Positions 1 through 9,700 of a stretch of 64,000 bases of DNA are shown here, one piece after another. The translations under genes were made by a program, and so were the position numbers. The notes beneath the pieces are model-generated. The model did no database searches and was not told the origin of the DNA. It worked only from the letters and a program-made list of their open reading frames with translations. How positions within the stretch are numbered: the first letter of the stretch is position 1; every line of letters begins with the position of its first letter. The stretch lies in the IMG/VR virus record IMGVR_UViG_3300020576_007701; one strand, given 5' to 3'. This stretch comes from a virus. Its lineage: Duplodnaviria; Caudoviricetes.

Positions 1-59
1 TCAAGTAGGTTTTTAGCGTTTCAATTAGAAATTGATTTTTAATAAAAAAATTATATTAA

Positions 60-66
60 TATTTAT
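60..66 (+). promoter_or_regulatory. putative late promoter core TATTTAT
   Basis: TATTTAT 13 nt upstream of the ATG of a structural gene; the motif recurs upstream of more than 20 genes in the window. Confidence 0.6.
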
Positions 67-79
67 AAAAAAATAAACA

Positions 80-652
80 ATGGGAAGAATAGCTTCGGCA
101 TCAACAGTATACGCAACAGCATATTTATCTGAAAAAGGTAGATCGTATCTTTTTAATAAGGGTAATATTCGTTTCGATGCCAACGGAAATGATTTATTTG
201 AAATCTTGGCATTTGGCCTGGGAGACCCAGATACGAATTACGCTACAAATGTAAGATTAGAGTCTGGAGATATTCCAGATATTACTGGAAAATCAGAAGA
301 CTGTATTAAATCAACAGCAGACTACATCCAATCTACATTAGTTTATTACGCAGTTGACGCAATGGCCTTCGTAGATCCGCAATATTCAACAAATATTGTT
401 GGTAATATTTTGTATTTAAACACTGATGCTGGAATGCCAGCAAATGCTGCTACGGATACTCCACCAGTACCACCTCCAGTAGTTGTAGTTACTAATACTC
501 CTACTTCGGCGGCAGCAGCAGCGTCTGCATTCGGTGTACCAGGAGGAGATGACGTTTCATCACACACTGTACTTGTAACTTCTACTTCAGCAGTCGCTGG
601 TACTTTATTAGGTGGTGGTATTACAGGTATTCGTAAATCTCTTAGACAATAA
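80..652 (+). CDS. putative virion structural (baseplate/tail) protein
   Basis: N-terminal AYLSEKGR...FGLGDPDTNY pattern resembles large-phage structural proteins; late motif upstream; Thr/Ala/Pro-rich tail. Confidence 0.5.
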   Translation: MGRIASASTVYATAYLSEKGRSYLFNKGNIRFDANGNDLFEILAFGLGDPDTNYATNVRLESGDIPDITGKSEDCIKSTADYIQSTLVYYAVDAMAFVDPQYSTNIVGNILYLNTDAGMPANAATDTPPVPPPVVVVTNTPTSAAAAASAFGVPGGDDVSSHTVLVTSTSAVAGTLLGGGITGIRKSLRQ

Positions 653-685
653 TAAATTTTAATAAGCGACAAATAAATAAAAAAA

Positions 686-1273
686 ATGGCAGCAGCAACC
701 AATACAACATCAGCAGCAATAATCCCGTCAACTCCAAATACGGCACCAAGTGCAATTGCTTTTAAGCAAGAAATCATATTTTCAACAGTTGACAAAAACA
801 ATAATAACGCCCCTTTAACAGAGGCTTTTATTGTAAGCGGACCTACTTCTCCAGGAGTTACTCAAATAAATCTTGGAGGTGGCGGTGGAACAAAATGTGT
901 AATACCACTTACTACAACCTCTGGAAATGGAGCGCCATTTTTAAAAGTGCACTTTCCAACAGTTGGAAATATAATGTATGTAACATTTTGTGTATCTAAT
1001 AATTTAATGCAAGATGGTTATTATGATTATAAAACTGGTGTTCCAGCTTCTTTTGTAACAGCTCTTAGAGCTTGGATAAATACAAATCCAGCAACTGGTC
1101 AACCATATATAAACTCAAATGGTACACCAATAGTTAGAGCAAGAAATTTAAAATTTATTGCTTACGGCGCAGGTACAAATAAACCTGGAAACGCTGTAAC
1201 TTTCTTTTTAAAATATCAAGGAACTTTTGGTGGTCAAGCAGTTACGGCAGCAACAACAGCATCTACAGCATAA
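686..1273 (+). CDS. putative virion structural protein
   Basis: Thr/Gly/Asn-rich, beta-type composition; co-oriented between two structural ORFs. Confidence 0.4.
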   Translation: MAAATNTTSAAIIPSTPNTAPSAIAFKQEIIFSTVDKNNNNAPLTEAFIVSGPTSPGVTQINLGGGGGTKCVIPLTTTSGNGAPFLKVHFPTVGNIMYVTFCVSNNLMQDGYYDYKTGVPASFVTALRAWINTNPATGQPYINSNGTPIVRARNLKFIAYGAGTNKPGNAVTFFLKYQGTFGGQAVTAATTASTA

Positions 1274-1308
1274 GCTTAAATAAATTATATAATTAAAAAA
1301 ACAAAAAC

Positions 1309-2421
1309 ATGGCATCACAAATTTTTAAAGCTGTAGCAAGTACAATATCAAATAGACAAGAAACGTCAACAAACGTTACGTTAAATGGAAGTGGTATTAC
1401 TTATACATTATGCGACAGAACAGATACAACAAATAAAAAAGCAAATTATTTTACTTCTTTTAATTTGCCAAATATTTATTCTGATCTAGCAAGTGGAAGT
1501 ACTTTGGCTTTAGCTAACCCAGAGATACTTCAAATAAATGTTGATAGAATTGTAATAATGCCTATTGATAAATCAAGTTACAATGAAATAATTGATGGTC
1601 GTAGCTTGACAATTAAAGTTCCTCAAACATTAGTGTTTAACTCAACAATGAGTTCGAAAACAATTGTTTCAAGCACATACTCTTCTTTAATGAAAAAAGA
1701 AAGCAATGTATTTTTAGGAAATAATATTGCTTTCTTATTTTGTGATGAACTCAATTTACCATACACTGGAACTACAAACGCTGGAACAAATACAAAAAGT
1801 TCAGTTACCACATGGAATACAACATCTTACGCTTTAAGACCAGCAGCTATACCGTATTCAGATCTTGATATCACTAGTGATATTAACACAGATAAAAGAC
1901 CATCAAATTCAATTAAATATGCAACGCCTGTAACGGCTGCATATCCAAATAACACAAACCAAGGTTATAATTACGATATACCTTGTGGAATTGTTTGTTT
2001 AGATAAAGGATTTATAGTTTTAACACACCCGTCAATTGTTGATAGTATGCCATGGACTCAAGGTATTAAAGCATATTCAAATGCTGCAAATACTGGTGGA
2101 TCGTCTGGTACAACAGATATTTACTTTAGTGATACATCAAAATCTCAAACTACTTTTACCGATATAAGTATTAGCTTTAAAACCTCTGTAATTTGTATGG
2201 GATTACCTGGAGAATTTTACTTTACAAACAATCCAACTTGGGATGCCGCAAAAAATGCGCAAGAATTTAATGCACAAACTCATAATTATGACTCTTTATA
2301 TATAACTGAAATAGCTTTGTATAACAGAAAAAGTGAATTGATTGCGGTTGCTAAATTAAGCGAGCCAGTAGAAAAAAACTTCACGAACTTGATCACGTTC
2401 AACATTGATATTGAAGTTTAG
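1309..2421 (+). CDS. putative baseplate/tail-associated structural protein
   Basis: C-terminal YITEIALYN...LIAVAKLSEPVEK motif resembles tail-collar/baseplate domains; Ser/Thr/Asn-rich. Confidence 0.55.
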   Translation: MASQIFKAVASTISNRQETSTNVTLNGSGITYTLCDRTDTTNKKANYFTSFNLPNIYSDLASGSTLALANPEILQINVDRIVIMPIDKSSYNEIIDGRSLTIKVPQTLVFNSTMSSKTIVSSTYSSLMKKESNVFLGNNIAFLFCDELNLPYTGTTNAGTNTKSSVTTWNTTSYALRPAAIPYSDLDITSDINTDKRPSNSIKYATPVTAAYPNNTNQGYNYDIPCGIVCLDKGFIVLTHPSIVDSMPWTQGIKAYSNAANTGGSSGTTDIYFSDTSKSQTTFTDISISFKTSVICMGLPGEFYFTNNPTWDAAKNAQEFNAQTHNYDSLYITEIALYNRKSELIAVAKLSEPVEKNFTNLITFNIDIEV

Positions 2422-2427
2422 TGGAAT

Positions 2428-2452
2428 TAATTGACTGATTATCAGTAAGTTA
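2428..2452. promoter_or_regulatory. imperfect palindrome matching the IHF consensus on both strands
   Basis: TAATTGACTGATTATCAGTAAGTTA: + strand TATCAG-TAAG-TTA and - strand AATCAG-TCAA-TTA both fit WATCAR-N4-TTR. Confidence 0.35.
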
Positions 2453-2458
2453 CATTTT

Positions 2459-2487
2459 AACTCTTGGGTTTTACTCAAGAGTTTTTT
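2459..2487 (+). terminator. intrinsic terminator
   Basis: AACTCTTGGG/CTCAAGAGTT stem followed by a T-run, downstream of the structural genes. Confidence 0.7.
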
Positions 2488-2509
2488 ATTTTATTGAAAA
2501 CCTAAATTT

Positions 2510-3181
2510 ATGCCAGGAATATATCAAATAAAAAACAAAATTAACAACAATATCTATGTTGGATCAGCAAAAGATTTCTCACGACGCATAGGTGAACACA
2601 CAAAATTGTTGAAAAAAAACAAACACCACTCTTCTTATTTACAACATGCTTGGAATAAGTATGGAGAAGATAATTTTATTTTTGGATTACTTGAAGTGGT
2701 TGAAGATTTGTCTCAATTGATTAAGCGTGAACAGCATTACATAGACACTTTAAATCCTGAATATAACATGTGTCCTACAGCTGGCTCTAGGCTTGGGTCT
2801 AAAACCACAAAAGAAACAAGAGAAAAAAATCGTCAAAACGCCACCAAATTTTGGCTTGGTAAAAACCTATCAGAAGAAACTAAGAAGAAGATTGGTGATG
2901 CCAACAGAGGTAATCAACACACTCAGGAAGCAAAAGATAAGATCAGCGCAAATCATAGCAGACATAATCTTGGAAAAAAATTTTCTGAAGAGTCTAAATC
3001 AAAAATGGCAAAGGCTAAAGCAATGCCAATCTCACAATACACATTAGATGGTCAATTTATTCGCTCCTGGGACTCTGGCAAGCATGTTCAGAATGAAACT
3101 GATATGAACCAGGGTAACATAAATAAAGTGTGCCTAGGCAAGTATAAACAAGCTTATGGATTTGTTTGGAAGTTTATCTAA
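2510..3181 (+). CDS. free-standing GIY-YIG homing endonuclease with NUMOD3 repeats and NUMOD1-like C-terminus
   Basis: GIYQI...YVGS, R and E/N catalytic pattern, repeated SEETKKKI / TQEAKDKI motifs, C-terminal QYTLDG...AYGFVW. Confidence 0.9.
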   Translation: MPGIYQIKNKINNNIYVGSAKDFSRRIGEHTKLLKKNKHHSSYLQHAWNKYGEDNFIFGLLEVVEDLSQLIKREQHYIDTLNPEYNMCPTAGSRLGSKTTKETREKNRQNATKFWLGKNLSEETKKKIGDANRGNQHTQEAKDKISANHSRHNLGKKFSEESKSKMAKAKAMPISQYTLDGQFIRSWDSGKHVQNETDMNQGNINKVCLGKYKQAYGFVWKFI

Positions 3182-3648
3182 TATCTTAAATGTGGTTTTT
3201 CACTATTAGCAAAAAGCAACACAAGTTTATTGAACATATCTATTTGAATATCGTGATATTCAGTACACGTCATTGTTAAAAGCGGATAATTTTTTAACAC
3301 ATAATTTGGAACATGCGCTACTATGTTAAAAATAAATCTGTTTGGATCATCAGATAATACTCTGATGTGAATATAAATCTCTTTACCAACACTATCAACT
3401 CTAGCGTGAAATCTTTTATCCATTGTAAAAGTGTGTATGGGATCAAATCGACCATAAGAAGGATTAAATTCACCATAAAAATGTAATCCATTGTCGTTTA
3501 ATACAATGTATTCAACATCTTCTTTTTTTATCGGAAAACTTTCAATGAAATCACAAAAAATAAAACTATCTTTATGTATTGTAATACCTGTTTGTTCCTG
3601 CATATCTGATTTTAGTATATGCTTATAATATTCCTCTTTTGTCATCAT
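3178..3648 (-). CDS. hypothetical protein
   Basis: 156 aa ORF, A-rich start context, stop overlaps convergent gene. Confidence 0.6.
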   Translation of the reverse strand: MMTKEEYYKHILKSDMQEQTGITIHKDSFIFCDFIESFPIKKEDVEYIVLNDNGLHFYGEFNPSYGRFDPIHTFTMDKRFHARVDSVGKEIYIHIRVLSDDPNRFIFNIVAHVPNYVLKNYPLLTMTCTEYHDIQIDMFNKLVLLFANSEKPHLRY

Positions 3649-3650
3649 GT

Positions 3651-3797
3651 TTATTTCTGTTTAGGTGTTGGTTCTGGTGCGTTTTCTGTTTGAGAAGGCA
3701 GTTGAGTGGTTATTGGTTTCTCTGTTGAAGTACATTTTTCTTCAGGTTTCATTGGACCACCCTGTGTAGTTTCTGTGAACTTTTCTACTTTTTTCAT
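3651..3797 (-). CDS. small hypothetical protein (48 aa, not in ORF track)
   Basis: MKKVEKFTETTQGGPMKPEEK...EPTPKQK read by hand; stop lies 2 nt before the next ATG. Confidence 0.4.
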   Translation of the reverse strand: MKKVEKFTETTQGGPMKPEEKCTSTEKPITTQLPSQTENAPEPTPKQK

Positions 3798-3893
3798 GTT
3801 TTGTATTTTATAAAATATAATACAGTAATTCTAAAAGATAAATAGATTATTTGATTTTCTCGTTTTGTTTCGATATATTATTGAAAACAAAAC

Positions 3894-4451
3894 ATGGAAA
3901 ATAAAACAAAATATATTTTAGGCTTAGATATTTCAACCAGTTGTATAGGCTACTCTCTTTTTAATGAAGATGGAAAACTTGAAACTGCAAGCTATGTAAA
4001 GTTTGGAGACAAATTAACATTATTTGAAAAACTAGAAGAATTCAAAAAAGCGATTACTTTTATTAAAGAATATAATGTGGCTTTCATCGCAATTGAGGAG
4101 CCTCTTAAAAAATTCATGGGAAAATTTTCATCAGCTACCACAATTGCGTTATTGAATTTTTTTAACGGAATGGTCAGTTCATATTTGTATTTAGAATTTA
4201 AAATTGAGCCAGTTTATTTTAACGTAAACCACGCACGTAAAGAGGCTTTCCCAACTATGAAGGTTGAAAAAGAGGGTTCCATAAAACATGAGGTGTGGAA
4301 TAAAGTAAAAGAATTAGAGCCATTAATTGATTGGAAATACGGACCTAAGTCTAGAAAACTTCTTGACGAAAACTATGATGTTTGCGATAGTTATGTCATA
4401 GCATTGTGCATGCTTATCACAATTGACAAACAAAAGACACCAGTTGTCTAG
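3894..4451 (+). CDS. RuvC-like Holliday junction resolvase
   Basis: ILGLDISTSCIG, IAIEE and DVCDS acidic RNase H-fold motifs. Confidence 0.8.
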   Translation: MENKTKYILGLDISTSCIGYSLFNEDGKLETASYVKFGDKLTLFEKLEEFKKAITFIKEYNVAFIAIEEPLKKFMGKFSSATTIALLNFFNGMVSSYLYLEFKIEPVYFNVNHARKEAFPTMKVEKEGSIKHEVWNKVKELEPLIDWKYGPKSRKLLDENYDVCDSYVIALCMLITIDKQKTPVV

Positions 4452-4481
4452 CTTTTTATTGCTAAGTCAATGATTTTTAGC

Positions 4482-4489
4482 TATATTTG
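4482..4489 (+). promoter_or_regulatory. Bacteroidota sigmaA-type -7 element
   Basis: TATATTTG matches TAnnTTTG, immediately upstream of primase. Confidence 0.55.
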
Positions 4490-4494
4490 CATGT

Positions 4495-5478
4495 ATGTCC
4501 AGCGACAAAAACAATCTTTTAATAATCAATATTGTCCAAGGTTTTCTTGGAACACCCAGACATTCAAGCGGTGCTGAGTCAAGGTTGCAATGGGAATTTA
4601 ATTGTCCTTCTCCAAAATGTAGAGGTGATCATAATAAATTTAATTTAGCATATCGCTCTGATTCTAAGATATTTAAGTGCTGGAAATGTAAATATAGCGG
4701 TTTTGTAACAACTCTTGTTGGTAACCACGGATCAAAAGACGATATAGCCAGGCTAAGGCTGGTTTTGCCAAAGTATGACCAATCTAGCTTTCAAACTTTT
4801 AAACGCCCAGATATTGACTATACGTCTATTGCGTGCGATTTGCCAGTGGGATACATGCCGTTATCCCAAGAAAGAAAAAGCAAGCTCTGGGAGCGTGCTT
4901 GGGAGTACATGACAATAGAACGAAAAGTTAGTCTTCCACAAATTGATAAGTTTAAAATAGGTTATACAGAAAACGGACCAAGAAAATATAGAATTATAAT
5001 GCCTTCTTTGAATGCGGCTGGTAGAATTAATTATTATGAAGCAAGAGCTTATTTAAAAGATGCCAAGAGACCGTATTGGAAACCAGACTCACCTCATGTG
5101 CACGATATAATTTATAATGAATATTATATAAATTGGGATTTGCCGATTTACTTGGTAGAGGGTGTTTTTGATTCATACAGAATTCAAAATTCTATACCAC
5201 TACTTGGCAAAACGCCATCTCCTCTTTTGATAAGTAAATTATTAGAGCATAATAGCACTGTAATAATCTGTCTTGACTCAGATGCGTTTAAAGATAGTGT
5301 AGATTTTTACAAAATGCTTTCTTCTCTTGGATTAAATGTTTTTTTTATTGATCTAAAGGGTGAAAAAGATATTTCAAAAATATATGAAGATCATGGGCAA
5401 GAAAGATTAAACGAAATATTAAAGCAGCCAAAAAGAATTGATACTCTTTTTGAAATTAATAAAATACTAAACGAATAA
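4495..5478 (+). CDS. DNA primase (Zn-finger plus TOPRIM)
   Basis: CPSPKC...FKCWKC zinc finger; LVEGVFD and CLDSD TOPRIM motifs; KDI. Confidence 0.85.
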   Translation: MSSDKNNLLIINIVQGFLGTPRHSSGAESRLQWEFNCPSPKCRGDHNKFNLAYRSDSKIFKCWKCKYSGFVTTLVGNHGSKDDIARLRLVLPKYDQSSFQTFKRPDIDYTSIACDLPVGYMPLSQERKSKLWERAWEYMTIERKVSLPQIDKFKIGYTENGPRKYRIIMPSLNAAGRINYYEARAYLKDAKRPYWKPDSPHVHDIIYNEYYINWDLPIYLVEGVFDSYRIQNSIPLLGKTPSPLLISKLLEHNSTVIICLDSDAFKDSVDFYKMLSSLGLNVFFIDLKGEKDISKIYEDHGQERLNEILKQPKRIDTLFEINKILNE

Positions 5479-5510
5479 AATACGGAGTTAAATGTTTTAA
5501 AATATAAAAT

Positions 5511-5813
5511 ATGAAAAGATTAATTAATGCAATAAAAATGGGTTTTTTTACATATAAAAATCCAAAAATTTTTCAGCAATATACTTTTAAAATGCTTGCC
5601 GATTTATTTGAACTAATTTTAAAGGTATCTCATGAGGATAGGCATATGATGACTCATATTGCTTTTATTCATCCAGAAGACGGCACCGAACATCAGATAG
5701 TATCTATTTGGGCTGGAGCTGGTGCCGCTGCAGAACCAACAAAAAGAATAAAAGAATTATTAGAAGAAAACTCTAGGTTAAAAGCATTGTTAAACCAACA
5801 AATTAAAAATTAA
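5511..5813 (+). CDS. hypothetical protein
   Basis: 100 aa ORF in operon context. Confidence 0.6.
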   Translation: MKRLINAIKMGFFTYKNPKIFQQYTFKMLADLFELILKVSHEDRHMMTHIAFIHPEDGTEHQIVSIWAGAGAAAEPTKRIKELLEENSRLKALLNQQIKN

Positions 5814-5834
5814 CAACCATTCATGAAAATTGCA

Positions 5835-5852
5835 CATTTAGCGGATATACAA
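5835..5852 (+). repeat. 18-bp direct repeat, copy 1 (CATTTAGCGGATATACAA)
   Basis: Identical to 6797-6814; the two copies flank the endonuclease ORF. Confidence 0.9.
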
Positions 5853-5893
5853 TTATTTATTTGTGAATGTCAAATATCTATGCTTTTTTATCA

Positions 5894-5900
5894 TATTTAT
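5894..5900 (+). promoter_or_regulatory. putative late promoter TATTTAT of the inserted endonuclease
   Basis: 15 nt upstream of ATG 5916. Confidence 0.5.
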
Positions 5901-5915
5901 CAATAAAAACAAATT

Positions 5916-6788
5916 ATGATAAAATGTGAAATATGCAAACAAGAGTTTAAACAAATTAGTAATACCCATTTAATTGAACACAATATAGATAAAAATGAAT
6001 ATAGAAGACTTTTTCCAGAAGCAAAATTGAAAAGTGTTTGGAATTTAGGCTTAAATAAAGAAAGCGATAAGAGGGTTCTAAAAAACGCCTTGGCGCTTAA
6101 AGCTAATCACTGGGTTAAAGACGAAGAAAAAAAGAAAAACATATCTAATAAAATAAGTCTTAGTAAGACTGGAGGTAAAATAAGTGAGAAAATTAAAGAA
6201 CAATTCAGGCAAAAATATAAAGGTCAAGGCAATCCAAATTTTGGTAACACATGGTCTGATGAACAAAAAAAAGAATCATCTGATAGAATGAAAGAAAAAT
6301 ATAAAGATCCAGAATATGTTGAAAAGTTTAAAAATTCTCATTGGAGTAACAATGAAGAAAAAAAACAAATAGTCACAAAAAAAGCTTCAGAGTATATAGC
6401 AAATGCAATTAGTTTAGGGATAATTAAAATTAATACTGGATATAAATGCGGCTGGATTTATTCTGAAAAAATGAAACAAGAATTTTATTACATGTCTTCT
6501 TACGAACTTAGAAGAATGATTTTATTAGAAAAATCAGAATTGGTAAAAGAGTATACAAACAAACATGGAATAAAATTGCAATACAATAATAAAAAAGGTG
6601 GTTTATCTTATTATATACCAGATATTTTAATTACATTTTACAATGGGGATGTACGTTTAGAAGAGGTAAAGGGCTATGTAAGAGATAAAGATGTTTTTAC
6701 ATTAAAAAATGAAGTTGCAAAATCATATTGTAAAGAAAATAATATAGAGTATAAAATAATATTTAAAAAAGATATAGAAAATTTATGA
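5916..6788 (+). mobile_element. free-standing homing endonuclease (Zn finger, NUMOD3-like, TnsA-like PD-(D/E)XK)
   Basis: CEICKQEF...HLIEH finger; KGQGNPNFG...SDEQKK; SSYE...YIPDIL...EEVKG nuclease motif; flanked by a duplicated gene start. Confidence 0.75.
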
Positions 6789-9700
6789 GAATTTGTCATT
6801 TAGCGGATATACAAGTAAGATTTGGATCTAGACACGACGAGTACAGAGCTGTGTTTAAAAGCCTTATTGAAGATCTTGAAAAAGTAAAACCAGACAGAAT
6901 CGTGGTTGCTGGAGATATTAGCCATCATAAAATAAATATGTCTCCTGGTTCTTTTAATTTAATTTCAGAACTATTAATAGGTTTATCAAGGGTTGCACCA
7001 ACTGATGTGATTTTAGGAAACCACGACATGAACTTGCAACAGTTAGAACAAGGTGATGCAATCAGCCCAATATTCAATCTTTCAAATTTAATTGAAAAAC
7101 ATGCAGATAAAACAGCTTACATTGTAACCGCTGAAAACAAAGATGCATTAGACTATCAAAAGAAAGCTATTTATTATTATCCAGATAGCGGGTTTTACAA
7201 AATTTCTAAAGATTTTGTATATGGCGTTTATTCGATGAAAGACAACAAAATATTAACGCTTGAAAAAAAGGAACCTGGCGTTAATTATGTTGCTCTTTTT
7301 CACGGTCAAATTTTTGGAGCTAGAGGCGATAATGGCCTTATCATTCATGGAGATACCCATTGGAAGCCAACAGTATTTAACAATTTCGACATTGTCATGA
7401 TGGGAGATATCCACGAATATCAAACATTTCGTGAAGATGAATCAATGGCTTATTGTGGTTCTCTTGTACAGCAGAACTATGGCGAGGGCGTTGACAAAGG
7501 ATATCTTCTTTGGAATGTTGAAAACAAAACTCACGAAAGAAAATTTGTGCCAAATGATTTTGGTTTTGCAAAGATAACAATTGCAAAAGGGGAAAAATTT
7601 GAGGAGCGTGTTGAGCACATAAAATTTAGTAGCAATAAAAAGAAAACAAAGGTTTATATTGTTTGGGAAGATTATGAGGAAAATTTTTCTCAGGAAAAAG
7701 AAAATCAAATTGTACGCCTTGTAAAAGATAAGTATGGATGTGAGGTTGTAAAGGTTCAGTTTGAAGCAATGATAAAAGAAATTGTTGTTGACGAAGAAGA
7801 ACAACATGGAGAGTTAAAAGAAGTTGAAGAATATTTAAAAGAATTTATAGTTGCTGGAAATTATAATTGCACTTCAGATGAACTTGTTGAGTTGTTAAAA
7901 TTTCACCAAGAAACAACTGTAGAACTTGGGCTTAATGAAATACAATTAGAAAGTGCAAGGTGGGAATTAAATAAAATTGAAGTGAGCAATATTTTTTCTC
8001 TACCAATAACCCCAACAACCATTGATCTTGATTTATTGGGCGGACTTACTGGAATTTTTGGAAGAAACTACAATGGCAAATCCAATGTTGTAAAAGTTTT
8101 GGTGTGGGGTTTATTTAAAGAAATTCTAGGCGGAGATTCTAATTCTGCTAAATATATCGTTAATATATACACAGATTCAAATAAGGGATATGTAAAACTT
8201 TGGATAACAATTGATGGTAAGAAATATTTAATTGAGAGAAGTGTAAGAACCACACAAAAGAAAGACGGCAGCACATCAAATAGCTACGGTATATCTTATA
8301 AAACACTTGAGTTTGAATATGATGAAGAGGGAAACCTTGATAATGAAAAGTGGGAAAATGAAAAATCCGACTCTGCAACTGCTGAAAAAAACGAAGTTGG
8401 AAAACTTATAGAAAAAGCAATTGGAACATTTGATGATTTCACAAAAACATCTTTACAAACACAGGGTGGAAAAGATGATTATTTAAACATGACTCAACAG
8501 CCAAAAAATAATTTGGTTAGTAAGTATATGGGTTTAGAAACGTATAAAGATAGATACGAATATAGAAATGAAAATTTTAAAGAAATAAAGAAAAAACAAA
8601 AAGAGCTTGGAGATAGACCAGCGCTTGAAGATAAAATACACACGCTTCAAATTGAAAGAGATGCAAAGAAAAAAAATTACGATGACTGCGTTTCAGAAAA
8701 AGAAAAAGCTTTGCAAAGTAAAGAGGGAGTTGATGTTGAAATTCTAAATTTAACTAAAAAATTAGAAAAGGTAGAGTTTGTTGAAATAAATGATATTGGA
8801 AAAATAACTTATAGTTTAAATCAAAAGGATTTAGATTTAAAAAATAAAACCAAAGAAGCTTCTGATTTAACAGAATGGTTAGCTAATAATTTTAAAAAAG
8901 AATTACCATTTGACAACACGTTATCCGAAGACCAATTAAAATCTCAGCTTTCAGCAGAACAATCGGCGTTAACAAGAGAAGAAAACTCTAAAAAAACAGT
9001 GTTAGAATGGCTTGCTTTAAATGATGTTAAGACCATTGAGTCTGATGCAACAGTTGAGCAATATGCAAAAAGCATAGAGGAAATAACAAAAAAAATATCA
9101 ACCCTAGAAGGTCAATTATTAACTTTTAAGGGCAAGAGCTGCCCTACTTGTGGAACTATACACCAGCAAGCAAATCCACACAAAGAAGAAGAGTGTATTG
9201 AGGAAATTAAAATGTGTAAAGAATTATTGGCGCATAAAAGAAAATTAATTAATTCAAATAACGAAGCTAAGGAACATAACAATTTACATCAGACAAATAT
9301 TGATAAACTTAGCAATATCAAACAAAGTCTATTAAACAGATTAGATAAAATTTCTTCTATAAAAGAAAAAATAGATTTATTTTCGAGATCTTCAGATATA
9401 ATAAAACACAACGACTTGGTTGAATCTAACTATAAAAAATTAACAGCTGCAAAAAAAGAAGTAGATTTTTTTAATAGTGAAATTAAAAAGTTAAACGAGA
9501 TGCTTGTTAAAATAAAAAACAATGAATCTAAAATAGAAACAAACGCAGGTATCCAACTGCAAATAGATGATAAAAACGAATTGTCAAGAGCTTATAAGAT
9601 TACAATTTACAACATGGATAAACAAGCTACAATTTTATTTGGAGAACTTAAAATTGTAGAAAACAATATAGAAAATTATAAGCAAAAACTTATTGATATA

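Larger units (their letters stand above)
5823..5906 (+). pseudogene. orphaned original 5' end of the sbcD-sbcC gene (MKIAHLADIQ, then unrelated sequence and stop)
   Basis: First 30 nt are 26/30 identical to the start of the 6785 ORF (MRICHLADIQ). Confidence 0.8.

Noticed and set aside
346-801. Minus-strand 151 aa ORF
   Set aside because: Antisense shadow of two + strand structural genes
5853-6796. Group I intron or intein in sbcD
   Set aside because: Only about 60 nt of non-coding sequence upstream and none downstream; the downstream gene has its own complete start; no intein terminal residues
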